DNA from: Babesia bigemina
Taxonomy: Eukaryota
Direction of reading: 5' to 3'
NCBI RefSeq assembly: GCF_000981445.1
Contig: NC_027218.1
Span: forward strand, 2,728,001-2,792,000
DNA length: 64,000 bases
Shown: positions 22,556 through 33,578 of the stretch, piece by piece
Layout of the letters: each line of letters begins with the position of its first letter
Numbering within the stretch: the stretch's first letter is position 1
Notes under the pieces: generated by a model
What the model was told of the DNA's origin: nothing
What the model saw: only the letters and a program-made list of their open reading frames with translations
Databases searched by the model: none
Made by a program: the position numbers and the translations under genes

Positions 22556-24914
22556 TTTCAGCCCCCTCCCTTAACAAAGAACCTGCAGCCCAATCAACAA
22601 CCTACCCAGAAGTTGGTAGCGATTGTGGATGCGCTACCAAAGCTACTGCAGCAAGGCCATTAGACAATTTATTTCCACTTGTGTTTGCTATATCGCATTG
22701 TGGAGCGTCTAAAATGTTTCCTAGCACCTTGCGCTAGAGATGTATGCCAGAGTATTCAGCATAGATCCACGAGACTCTACATTACCCACTGCATGCGAAC
22801 GTTGCCCAGTTCACACTATAGTCGTTTCCGTTGTATTTCCAATTATGATTACGAAATGTAACGTGGTCCGTCATACCCAGCGATATCCTGTTGTGCGCTC
22901 TAGGTATCAATGATTTGGTAATTTAGCCAACACCAAATCGTTAGTGGAAAAAATAATGATGAGGGCAAACAGGTTCGTACTAATAGTGAACCGCGGTCAT
23001 TTATACGTTACCACCACTTCTGTATTCTTAGAGCTTACAATATTAATCAGCTCGTCGACTGTTCACATCACAAAGTTGCCCCAACCAGTTACTGTCCAAT
23101 AGCTTTGCTTTGATCACATTATACTGCGGGTTACAACATTGTTCCCATTTGTGCACCTATACATGTTGGATTAAAATTCGCTACTTACTCGCAACCCAAA
23201 TGTCTCCTAACATCACCAACTTCTACATCTTGCTACCACCACAGGCAAGATCAACCATGGACATCGACGATCGCATCAAGCATTTATCAAGCAATAATTG
23301 TTAATGTTCCAACATGTAATGAATGGTTGTTTTGAGATCTCCTTCATTATCACACTTCATCGACATGGGATGGTAGTAAACAGATCATTGTTGCCACTAC
23401 TTTACAAAACTATGACCAGTCGCCACTGTGACACATCGTGAACATGCTCGTATTTACTGTCCTCAACCAACAAACCTGCTATTACATCTACTCCGACACG
23501 TTCCCCGCAACTGTAATGGCGACAAAGCATGAATTTAAATATACTAAAGATTTTGACGACTCGTCGCATCGGATTGTAACGTCTTTACATTATTACAAAT
23601 CAGTGAGTTTCTAAACAATTTCGCCTCATGTCGTACGTTGTGAAATCCCCCATCGTTGAGCAAGCGCAGATGTCTGGATGTGTTCGACCCACTTGGTAAG
23701 CGGCTTCAGTTGGTGACAACTGTTGTACCGAAATGTTGGTAATTAAACCGTTATGACCGTTAATTTGGCATCGACTCTGCGATGTTCCTCGCAGTTGATC
23801 GAACCGCAGCAAAGGTTGACGTGTAGGCAGCTTACCCACCATCGCACTGATAGTAAGCATGATGCTATTCTAGATAATTGCGACGTCTGTCTTAGATATG
23901 GCAGCTGCAGTAAATGTTTCTAGAGAAACTTAGGCGGGGCTTATAGTTATGCCGTTGGTTAAATGTGTTGACATCCCTACCGTAAAGGGATGCCGGTTGA
24001 AGATGAGATATGTGGCTTAAAACACAGGGTACAATTAGACGACGCCAAAGATTCACGGTACGAATTGCAATGTAAATGGGCGTAAAGTAACTGTCACACG
24101 TTGTGAGGAATTATGCAAACAAGGTGCCCTTTCATCTGCATTCCTCATGGTGGACGTGTCAAGTAGAGTTGTTAGAAGATGGTGGCCTTTAATATCGACG
24201 ATGTGGGTATAACATTGGAACAATGTCACCACGTTTAAGATTCCCTTTAGTGATTGTTAACGGTTAATGTATTGGTGAGGGAGACGGAGGGGTATTATGA
24301 AGCGGGTGAGCAAGGGTCAACCAACCGATATATAGGTAACACCCATAGTGAATAATCGCACCCTTCGGATTTATGTGATCACTGTGACAGCAGCTAAAGT
24401 TCGACGTGCCATCATTAAGCGCAGGTGTTGCATTGGCACTCACTAAAGTTGCGCATCATCCCACACGTTTGGAGAACAAGAAGCATTTGTATGATTTTTG
24501 TGGGACTGTGCAGTTACGTTTGCAATAAATATTAAAATCTGGCAGCAAGTTTAATGAACTCAACAGTCGATACAATTAGACGCGTTGCCACATGCTGCAA
24601 TGGTCGTCCCACAGCGGAGGCAGAGGTTAGGTGGCGTTAGATGGCTGAATCGGGGTCTGCGTCATTGAGCAACAGTCAAATGCGACGTTTTAATCATTAC
24701 CTGAACGACGTGCCTCGTCAACGTATGTAGTGGTACGGATGCTTAAGGTGTCACTGCTCTGGTATTGCGGTTCAAGTTCGCGTGCGCAGTTGGATGCACA
24801 GAGCATCGCATGTGTGAACGTAAGCGCTTTATGACTCGGCTTTTCAAAATATGGTAGAGCCTTAAAATGTATAGTCTGTTGCCCTGGATGGCGTGTGAAT
24901 GAAGGCAGGGGAGG

Positions 24915-25697
24915 ATGGCGGAGGGGAAGGGAGAGAACAAGTGTGGATGTGATACAAAATTGGAAAATGGGCACAAAGAGGGGCCTTGTGATAAAAGGAA
25001 TTGTGTAGATTGCTATGTGTGTTGTATGGCCGACTGTCCTGGATGCAAAGCGTTGCAATGCGAAGAGCAAAATGGGTGTAAATGCAACCTTTGCGACTGC
25101 GGATGTCAGGAAGACCCAGAAGTTAAAAAGGGCACAAAGGCGTGCCATGAGATCAACACAGATAAGTGTAAGAATTGCCTGACAAAATGCAAAAATGTAA
25201 AAAAAGGTGGCAGATGTAAATGCTACCTTTGCAACTGCGGTTGCAATGGCGTGAATTGTCAGTGCTGTAAGACGTGTAACCCTAATAGCAAATGTAGTGG
25301 AACGTGTGACCGTGATGACCAACACAGCGAGAAATGCGCACACCAAGAAAGGGGTGCGTGCGGGGGAACAGTTAACATGGGCAAGTACCACTGTGCGGAA
25401 CACAATGACAGAAACCAATGCGACTTTAGCAAATGCAATCCAATCTACTTCGGTATTGGAAAATGCCGTTTCAAGTGCACCAACTGCGGCAAACTATGTT
25501 CCCAAGATCAATGCAGGATACGGATGCGTATTATAATCGTCGTTGCGATCATTTTAGCATTCTTGCTTATCTTGTGGGCCTTGTTTCCAAAAAAAGTCCG
25601 CGGGATGATGATTAGAATACGCGCCGCTTTCTCCAGCTCGCCCAGGCACACGGGCAGATCCCTAAGTAATCTCGTCGGTGATAGAATTCCCGACTAG
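24915..25697 (+). CDS. Cys/Lys-rich single-TM membrane protein (260 aa)
   Basis: Very Cys-rich with an internal duplication (CKCNLCDCGC / CKCYLCNCGC). TM IIIVVAIILAFLLILWALFP; tail KKVRGMMIRIRAAFS resembles KTRKLRLRVMNAFS of 22028-22555. Confidence 0.8.
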   Translation: MAEGKGENKCGCDTKLENGHKEGPCDKRNCVDCYVCCMADCPGCKALQCEEQNGCKCNLCDCGCQEDPEVKKGTKACHEINTDKCKNCLTKCKNVKKGGRCKCYLCNCGCNGVNCQCCKTCNPNSKCSGTCDRDDQHSEKCAHQERGACGGTVNMGKYHCAEHNDRNQCDFSKCNPIYFGIGKCRFKCTNCGKLCSQDQCRIRMRIIIVVAIILAFLLILWALFPKKVRGMMIRIRAAFSSSPRHTGRSLSNLVGDRIPD

Positions 25698-27170
25698 ATG
25701 AACATTCATCGCTACCCAGCCTCCCCTTCAAAAGTGATACTCTAGACTCGTGTAGAATGCGTAAAGCTTCAATATCGCGGCGGCTGTTATTTCTCACGCC
25801 TTAACTGCCATCTTTTATCACAACGCAATAGTTATGGCACATAAACGTAGCATCAACACACGGTAATGCTATTTTATTGCCTTCTTATCCTCACTAACGC
25901 CGATTGCATGATACATAAGTAAACCCCAAAGCGGCGTGCCTGAGGTAGTAAATTTTGCCTTACTAGCCTCTCTTTCGAGGGCAGCACTCATGACGGACTA
26001 CACGTTTCGGTGCCGGCAATGTATGTAACATGTGCGCCTTACTCTGTGCCTCAAGTTACTAAATAAAGCATATTAGATGTCAAACAATGCTGTGTTTTTA
26101 TGCCTCATATGGCCTGTTACATGTCCCAGGTAAACACGCCTAGGTGGCCTTGGGCGGATGTACACGTAGGCAAGTTTAGAGCCAATGTCTCGTACAACAT
26201 GGAACAACAACACAGACGCGTTTTTGATATATGTGTTGATAGCACGAGTTTCTGCAGACGCTCCCGGAGGAGTGGATATGGTTCTATGCGTGGAGAGAAA
26301 TCCGAAAGGTCGGACAACGGGACCACCAGAGTCAAGACTAAGGAACGATATATTCACTAGACCGGGTAGTGAGGCTTACTACGATATACTACGGATAGAT
26401 ATTAATGCAGCAGCTGGACGCCTTAATGGTATCGAAATCTTGCCGCAACGAGGAGGGGTGAGGACAAGCTATGGACTTGGTGACAGGCGTACTAGTGACC
26501 CGCAAGACGGGACTGGAGGTGCCCGGACTCAGGGCAGAATAGAGCATCAAAGTTATACTGGATGCAACGACCTAGGTCATGCCTCTTTCCGGAGGAGGGA
26601 GGGTGGAGCTGGGGAAGCTGGGGAGAAGTAACATGCCTCTCAGCGATGACAAGGCGCCCCTGTCTGGAGGGGATGGAAGCAGCTGGATGAATTGAAGCAG
26701 AGCTGGTATGCAACGTGTAGTTATGCGGATAACGGCGTTTTCAGGTTGAAATCTCGTACCGTGAATTATTTAAGGCGAGCATGAATTCTTAAGTGTTACG
26801 AAAGGGAGTGGGGGTTGACTTGACGTAACACCGCGCATTAGCGCTAGCAGTAGGCATTGACAACCTTTGAAAGTATGTTGCCAATTGATAAGTCTCTGCT
26901 TATACGCCTGGAGGGGGAGACTCTGGGCTACTGGGATGGACGTGCCACTTGATTATCAGCATGCGCCTTGCCACATGCTGTGGTATTGGATATGAATAAT
27001 ATGTCAGCGTTGGGCGATCCAGATTCATGGCCACCCCAGTAAAAGGCGGATGGCAATGTAGGGGTGAGGGTATGGTCATTGTATACCTTCAGTTGGTTGA
27101 GGGTGTTTGAAAGTTAAGGTTGGTTGTTCATTGCTGTGCAGGATTGATTGTCGAGTGATATTTAGGAAAG

Positions 27171-27425
27171 ATGTCGTGTCAATGTAATAGCAACGGAAAA
27201 CCGTGTGATAAACCACAAGAGTGTTGCAAAATTGGTTGTACGTGTAAGTGTTGTATGCATACTATAGCGGTTTACGGTTGCATCGTGTTTTTCAGCGTTA
27301 TCGGCTTAGCAGGCCTCGTTTTCTTGGTCCTTTATATCTGCGCGAAAGTCCACAAACAAAGCCTCATGACAGTTTTGGACCAATTATACGATGCCTTCGC
27401 TGGAACCAAGCCCTCACTCCACTGA
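27171..27425 (+). CDS. Tiny Cys-rich single-TM protein (84 aa)
   Basis: Cys-rich N-terminus, TM, amphipathic tail; paralog of 28311-28487. Confidence 0.7.
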   Translation: MSCQCNSNGKPCDKPQECCKIGCTCKCCMHTIAVYGCIVFFSVIGLAGLVFLVLYICAKVHKQSLMTVLDQLYDAFAGTKPSLH

Positions 27426-28310
27426 TATCTCATAGCCTTACTGTAGCCATGTGACATCTGATGCAAATATTGGTGGTTTATATTACGAAGTCAGTTGCAA
27501 TAACAGTGCCTGGTGCTCACACAGTAACGCAACACAGATTATAAGCATTGAAGGTCAGTGATAGTGTTGCTACTCCAGTGTAACCCCATAGTTCACGGAT
27601 GTTGGGGGCCCAGTGCTAAGTACGCTTTTCACCTCTTGCACTGCGGCTCAGTTGTTAATACGCACCCTATGCATTCTAGTAGTGCTGTATCACAACGGGG
27701 CAGGGGGATATTATACGTGGAGCAGTAGAGCGATGCATATATGTAGTGTCTCCGTGGACCGACTGAGTAAGACAGCACCTAGCATTAACGAACTACTCGG
27801 AATCCAGCAATCCTACGTATAATGTGCAACGCATAACATAATCCCTATACAAAGGCTATGGATTCAAGACACGTTAAATAGTGATGAGGAGCGTGAAACC
27901 AAGAGAAGACTACGAGTCTGTGGAAGAACCTCAAGCCCAAACTGGATGGATGCCCGCATGGATGGCACCAGTGACGATCGGCAACGGAGCGACGTGGATC
28001 CCGCAACAGGTATCAGCGTGAGGCGGTAGCCCCGCAAAATCGAAAACCGACCCTAGGCACGTAGCCACTATAAGATGAGAGAACACAATAATAATAATAA
28101 TAAATTGCCTTACCACATGCTGTGATATTGGATAGCCATGGTGCATCAGAGTTAGATGATTGGGCATGACAATTACCCCAGCACGGGTTGGATGGCAAGG
28201 TAGGGGTGGAGTATGGGCATTGTGTATCGTCAGTTGCTGCAAGTGGTAGAGTGGTGAGGTTCGTTGTTCAGTGCTGTGCAGGGTTTGTTGTCAGGTTATC
28301 TCTAGCAAAA

Positions 28311-28487
28311 ATGAGTTGGAAACAGGCGGGGGAGGGCATAGGCTACGCTCTTGCTGGCATCATCGCTTTTTCGGCCCTCGCTGTCTTGGTTCTTTACATC
28401 ATGGGCCAAATTTATAACAAAAGTCTTGGTACAGTTTTCGCCGAAATACGTGACGGGTTCCGTGATTCCAAGCCTAAACTCCAATAG
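28311..28487 (+). CDS. Micro membrane protein (58 aa), Cys-less paralog of 27171-27425
   Basis: ATG at 28311 sits at the position homologous to 27171. VLYIMGQIYNKSLGTVF...KPKLQ matches VLYICAKVHKQSLMTVL...KPSLH. Confidence 0.65.
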   Translation: MSWKQAGEGIGYALAGIIAFSALAVLVLYIMGQIYNKSLGTVFAEIRDGFRDSKPKLQ

Positions 28488-28742
28488 CCTCATAGCCTCA
28501 CCCAGTCCACGTAGCCTTCTTGTAGCCAGGTAACCTCTGATATCAATGTGATGACTTCCAATAGCTGACACATTTGTTTAACATGTACTTACATAAAGCC
28601 TGTTTTAAAACCAGTGGTCTTGCGATGCGATTATTGCTGCTTCGTAATTTTCCTGTACACCATGACACGTAGGACCATGTGCTAATACATTTAATCAACA
28701 CTGTAGCATAGGGTATCATATTACCGCTTATAGCGATAATTA

Positions 28743-31700
28743 CTATTTTTTGGCGCGTAGCGAATCATCATTTTCACCGCCGCATGTAGGAGACAGGATG
28801 GCAGATATGGTACTGCCAGTTTGTGAATCATTAGACAAATCATTCTTCTTAAATCCCATCCTGACTCTGCTCTTGAGGCACAGGTTGCACGGGTCGAAGA
28901 GGTGGGTGTCGAAGGTGCAGTCCCAGCCGTCAGTCAGGAACGCCTGGAGGGGGGACTTGGGAGATGTGATGTCACTGCCATACCCACAATCTTGCCAACC
29001 ACCATGAGACTTTCCTCGATTACACTGCGACCTTAGGAACTGCAACTGGTGGTGGGCGGCGTAGACATAGTCCCGCAGCTGGCAGAGGAGGCAGGCGGGG
29101 TCGGGGGAATAATAAAAAGCATACTTGTCGAGATCCTTAAAAAAGTCTTTAAAAGCATCTGAAATATCTTTATACTTAATCTTGTAGATAACGGTGGCCA
29201 AATAGAGGCACGTCTCTGTCAATTTGTCGGTGACCACGGAAGCGGTCAGCTGCTGGGGATCTCCGGTGACCTCGATGGCATCACCTTTGAAATCTTTAAA
29301 AAGGTTTTCAACGTGATCAGCAATCTTCCCAATAAGCCCATATTGATTCAATCCAACAAACCAGTAGAGCATTTCCCGAACTGTTTTGGGCGGGGGCAGA
29401 CGGTCGGAGTCTGGGAGAGGGGAGGGAGGTGGAGTGATTATATCAGTTGAAGAAGTGTCAACGGACCAAGGGTTTTGGCATTCATTTGTGCCGAATGGAG
29501 TAATAACACGTTCATCTGCCTCTCTTGGAGAGTCACGCGGCATCCCGGGATCGTCGTACCCCTCAAGTCCGATACGTTCAGGCGCAAAGTTCAGATCGAA
29601 ATTGGTGTTAGGCAAGCCTGGGAAGCCTTCGTCGTCTGAAGGTTTTAACTCGTCTTTAAGGATATCCGCCGTGTTGGCGTAAGGGTCGTCTAGGTCCACG
29701 TCGTTAAAAATGCGATCTTCATGCGGCGGTACCTCTATCGACAGGCCGATTTGGGGGTCGACTTCGCGTACAGTGCGCGTCGGTAATTCTATTTGGAATT
29801 CCCTGGTTGGTTGTGGCTCCGTGAGGAATGTATCTCTAGGAATCGGCGAGGATGGCAATTCGGCGTCCGGCACGTGTGATCCGCTTAACATTGATTGTGG
29901 AACTGGGGGATCTATTTTTTGAGATATAGGGACGTTGGCATCGGATTTTGAAGAGTTTGCCAGGATGATGCCTTCCACTTCATTCACAAAAGCAGGCGCA
30001 TCTCCATGTAACTCTACGAGGGGAACAACAAATGTATTTCTAGGCATCTGTATTGGAATGTTAATATCTTTTTCAGCTGCATCGAGCATTTTTTTTAGTT
30101 CCTGATCCTTCATTCTCTGCCTTTTTTCTTCTTCCTTGTACGCTCTGCGCATGTTTGTGACCTCCTGTTGCCTCAAAATTAAATCGGTGGGATCCGGAAC
30201 TGGCTGCCCATCCAACGATTTTGCATGATCATGATGGGTTTGATGCAGCAACTGCAATCGACGTTCTTCTTCATTCTGTTTGTCACGCTTCTCCGTCACT
30301 TCGTTCCCTCTAATGTTCACAACTATTTGCCCATCGTGACGAAATATTGCATGGTCAGCATCAGACACCATTGTACCGTCAATAACTACAGCTTTATCAT
30401 CGTCCAGCCCGCCCTCTTCATCTCCTATTTTTTCTTTCACTTCCTCTCCGTCAACTGGAAAAGCCAGTTGACTGTCGTCAACACCAACTACTTGGCCATC
30501 GATACTGTGACTTTCATCTTCAGCATTGACCAGTGGTCGCTGCTCAATAGTAAACAGAGCGGGGTACCCACCACCTAACACATCTGGCTTGTCAATATTG
30601 AGAGTAACGGATTGGTCAGCATCGAACACATCAGCATTGTCGTAACTGTTTACATCGTTCTTTGGAGGCAGTGTTATTAATAGGGGCATTGAAGGTGTTG
30701 CATTTCTCATTTGATTATGTAGAGCCGCAATATATGCGTTATCCGATTTATCAGACTCCTGACGCTTATGCACTACATCAATCTCTGGAAGCATAGCCTC
30801 ACGTTGAAGTTGACGTTTTCCTTCTTTTTCGCGTTCCTTATCCTCTTTTTCACGTTTTCGTTTTGCTATTTTTTCTTCCCACGGTTGCAAAATTTCTCGC
30901 TTCTTATACTCCTCCCAAAGTTGTTCACTGATGGTATCATATTTATAGTTAGTGGTGGTGGGCTTTTTATATACTTTGGTACAGAATTGATTGCTATTTT
31001 CAGTGTCCCCTATGTTTAAAAATGTCGCCATAGTAGGCTCGAGACACTTTTTAACTGACGGAGGCTGACCACTTCCTCCTGCTCCACCGCCACCTGGACT
31101 AGAAGACGCATCAGCGTTGTCATCTCTATGAGACCCTCCACTACTTTGTTGAGTTGAGAGTGGAGAAGTCGCCTGGGCACCCGAGTCCTGACCACTACTG
31201 GGACTAGGGGCATCAGGTGACTGAGGCTCTTGCCTTGTAACACCTGAAGGCTGAGTTGGCTTATATCTTGGGGAGGCTTCATTTGGATTTCCCTCCGCTT
31301 TCTTGCCCTGGTTCTGCGCTCCCTCCACTTTCTTGCCCTGGTTCTGTGCTCCTTCAGATTTATTGCCTTGGTTTGGAGTTCCCTCCGCTTTTTTGCCCTG
31401 GTTCTGCGCTCCCTCGGATTTCTTGCCCTGGTTTGGAGTTCCGTTGGCTTTGCTACTCAAATCATCAGCACTCTGAGCTCTTGTATCAGCCGGCTTAGGT
31501 GCATCGTATTTGGTGGCCACAGGCTTTGCGGCATCGGTTTTAGCGGCTATAGCCTTGGATTCTTCATCCTCCAATGGTACGTCCTCCGGCTCAGATTCTT
31601 CATCATCATTTTGCTCATCTTCTTTTAGTGTACACACCGAACCATCTAAAATCTTTTTCAACTTATCCAAACCTGCATTTGGTGTATTAAGCTCAGCAAT

Positions 31701-32870
31701 CGCACTATCCCAATACGTTTTCAAATCATCATACGGAGGGGCATGTGCTTTATAATCATTGTAATAAAATGTAAATCCGTAGCGAATAAAATTCTCCGTG
31801 AAATATGACGCAACCTTCGGGGCCTCACTCGGAGACAGCACACCACTGTTACGGGACCTTCTACCCACCTTAAACTTCTTACTGCTGAAAGATTGAATTT
31901 TTTCTAAACTCTTCATAACTTTGGGCAAGTTTGTTTTTAGCCAACTCGCCATCTTCTTTGATATATCCTGTTCGTTAAGGTCGCCAAGATCCCGCCCGTA
32001 CCCGGTAAAGGAAAACCTCTCACCCTTAAAAATGTTTTCGAGAGGCTTTTTGAGTTCGGAACAATGGTCTTTCAATTGTTGGAAATCAATACATTTTTCT
32101 CTCGTATATAAATGACTTTTAAAATCGTCCTCATCCTTTACCTCTGCAAATATTCTGCAAAAATCCCTCACCAAGCGTAGAGCGTTGGCGATATTTGGAG
32201 AGTCAGCGCCATAGTTGCCAAACACTGAAGTGATGAAGACGTCCCGAAATAGATTAGCAGCGTTGGAATGCTTTTCTAAAATATTTACAATGTCAGTTAA
32301 CATATCTTTACCCTGGGAATACTTACCCTTACTGAGTTCATTCAACTCACCCGCCCCAAAGCCACCAGGGATGACACCGTATCCAGAACCGGAAGTTTCA
32401 ATGAGATATTTATCAATTGAACCGGCACTGGATTTCATTCGTTTCACGAATTCTGGGCCCTTTGCAGCGAACCATGCAATCCATCCAACCTGATTTTCCG
32501 CCCAACCACCACCACCCAGTGCGGCAAACTTCGGGTCCACATTGTACCGCAAGAAATACATCACAGAGAGTACTTTTGGAATGCATTGTAGGAGAGCGTT
32601 GAACGCATTTCGAGCTGTTCTTTCGCCATTATACAACTTCCGTAGAGAGACGCATAACTTCTTATGAAAGTTTGACACAAGATTCAAGAAGTTGTAGAGT
32701 GCTGATTCAATACTATCTGCATTAACACTTTTATACATTTTCCCAAGAAGTCTTTTAAGTCTACCGGAAAGCTGTACTCTCACAACCTTTTGCTTTTCAT
32801 CATGCAACCACTGGAGGAACTCCAAACACTCTTTAAGAGTCTTGAATTCAGGACCCTTGCCACTCGCCAT
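28743..32870 (-). CDS. VESA-related protein with p180/RRBP1-like repeats, probably 3'-truncated (no TM/tail)
   Basis: ATG at 32870. C-part aligns with 4404-9578 (EMLYWFVGL/DMLQWLSGL; HQLQFLRSQC...GWQDCGYG/QQLHFLYEQC...GWMDCHYG; KSPLQAFL/KSPLQSFL). Ends abruptly at CGGENDDSLRAKK*. Confidence 0.8.
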   Translation of the reverse strand: MASGKGPEFKTLKECLEFLQWLHDEKQKVVRVQLSGRLKRLLGKMYKSVNADSIESALYNFLNLVSNFHKKLCVSLRKLYNGERTARNAFNALLQCIPKVLSVMYFLRYNVDPKFAALGGGGWAENQVGWIAWFAAKGPEFVKRMKSSAGSIDKYLIETSGSGYGVIPGGFGAGELNELSKGKYSQGKDMLTDIVNILEKHSNAANLFRDVFITSVFGNYGADSPNIANALRLVRDFCRIFAEVKDEDDFKSHLYTREKCIDFQQLKDHCSELKKPLENIFKGERFSFTGYGRDLGDLNEQDISKKMASWLKTNLPKVMKSLEKIQSFSSKKFKVGRRSRNSGVLSPSEAPKVASYFTENFIRYGFTFYYNDYKAHAPPYDDLKTYWDSAIAELNTPNAGLDKLKKILDGSVCTLKEDEQNDDEESEPEDVPLEDEESKAIAAKTDAAKPVATKYDAPKPADTRAQSADDLSSKANGTPNQGKKSEGAQNQGKKAEGTPNQGNKSEGAQNQGKKVEGAQNQGKKAEGNPNEASPRYKPTQPSGVTRQEPQSPDAPSPSSGQDSGAQATSPLSTQQSSGGSHRDDNADASSSPGGGGAGGSGQPPSVKKCLEPTMATFLNIGDTENSNQFCTKVYKKPTTTNYKYDTISEQLWEEYKKREILQPWEEKIAKRKREKEDKEREKEGKRQLQREAMLPEIDVVHKRQESDKSDNAYIAALHNQMRNATPSMPLLITLPPKNDVNSYDNADVFDADQSVTLNIDKPDVLGGGYPALFTIEQRPLVNAEDESHSIDGQVVGVDDSQLAFPVDGEEVKEKIGDEEGGLDDDKAVVIDGTMVSDADHAIFRHDGQIVVNIRGNEVTEKRDKQNEEERRLQLLHQTHHDHAKSLDGQPVPDPTDLILRQQEVTNMRRAYKEEEKRQRMKDQELKKMLDAAEKDINIPIQMPRNTFVVPLVELHGDAPAFVNEVEGIILANSSKSDANVPISQKIDPPVPQSMLSGSHVPDAELPSSPIPRDTFLTEPQPTREFQIELPTRTVREVDPQIGLSIEVPPHEDRIFNDVDLDDPYANTADILKDELKPSDDEGFPGLPNTNFDLNFAPERIGLEGYDDPGMPRDSPREADERVITPFGTNECQNPWSVDTSSTDIITPPPSPLPDSDRLPPPKTVREMLYWFVGLNQYGLIGKIADHVENLFKDFKGDAIEVTGDPQQLTASVVTDKLTETCLYLATVIYKIKYKDISDAFKDFFKDLDKYAFYYSPDPACLLCQLRDYVYAAHHQLQFLRSQCNRGKSHGGWQDCGYGSDITSPKSPLQAFLTDGWDCTFDTHLFDPCNLCLKSRVRMGFKKNDLSNDSQTGSTISAILSPTCGGENDDSLRAKK
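31289..31443 (-). repeat. 30-bp coding tandem repeat, ~5 copies of NQGKK(A/S/V)EG(AQ/TP)
   Basis: GTPNQGKKSEGAQNQGKKAEGTPNQGNKSEGAQNQGKKVEGAQNQGKKAEGNP. Confidence 0.95.
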
Positions 32871-32890
32871 CTCTTCCACCTCCAATCATC

Positions 32891-33122
32891 CACTAACCCA
32901 GCCTTACAAAACTCCACGTCCAGCCTCCAGTACCATCTGAACTGGGAAACACTTGAGTGATCACCCACTGATCCACCCTTACAAGACTCCACGTCCAGCA
33001 TCCACGACCATGTGAACTGGGAAACACTAAAGTTATCACGCCTCTAACCCACCCTTACAAAACTCCACGGCTAGCCTCCAGGACTATGTGAACTAGGAAA
33101 CACTGGAGTGATCACACCTCTA
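32891..33122 (-). repeat. 75-76-bp tandem repeat x3 in 5' leader (same unit as 2545-2700)
   Basis: cttacaa at 32903, 32978 and 33054; gaact(g/a)ggaaacact in each unit. Confidence 0.9.
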
Positions 33123-33578
33123 AGGTGACGCCGCTTAACACAGCATGGCAGACAACTAAGTGTGCTGAGTGAAAGGGCTACGATGTGATGCGCTGAGTGA
33201 CAACGATAGGCATCATACAGAGACAATGCCACACTTAAACCATATTGCAAAATCCATGAACCATCACAAGAATCCTATAGACATACCACTCACCTGAGGA
33301 GGGAATGCGACAAGCCGAGGCAACAATACTGGAGTGAGGGGGTGTAGAATGATAGCGACGTAATATTAATAGTAGGCATTGTAGGTGTAAATGGAGCAGA
33401 AAATACAAACATTTGGTTAGACGTTAGGTGAGGCGGTATGTCAGCTACTACGTCATCACTTTGGTCAGGCGATTGGTCATCAACGCAATCATTACTGTCT
33501 AGAACATTAGATGTCAGTTGCCAGTTAGGTGATCAGTGGGATTTGGATTACGATGTTTGCGCTACCAAATTGCATAGT

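Larger units (their letters stand above)
26965..28560 (+). repeat. Tandem gene duplication (26965-27470 vs 28107-28560)
   Basis: Shared ccacatgctgtg.tattggata, ggatggcaa.gtaggggtg, gttgttca.tgctgtgcagg and 3' ctcatagcct...tgtagcca. Confidence 0.8.

Noticed and set aside
24690..25418. 242-aa hydrophobic minus-strand ORF
   Set aside because: Antisense shadow of the Cys/Lys-rich gene at 24915-25697.
26073..26713. Several short ORFs between Cys-rich genes
   Set aside because: No family motif, TM or consistent frame.
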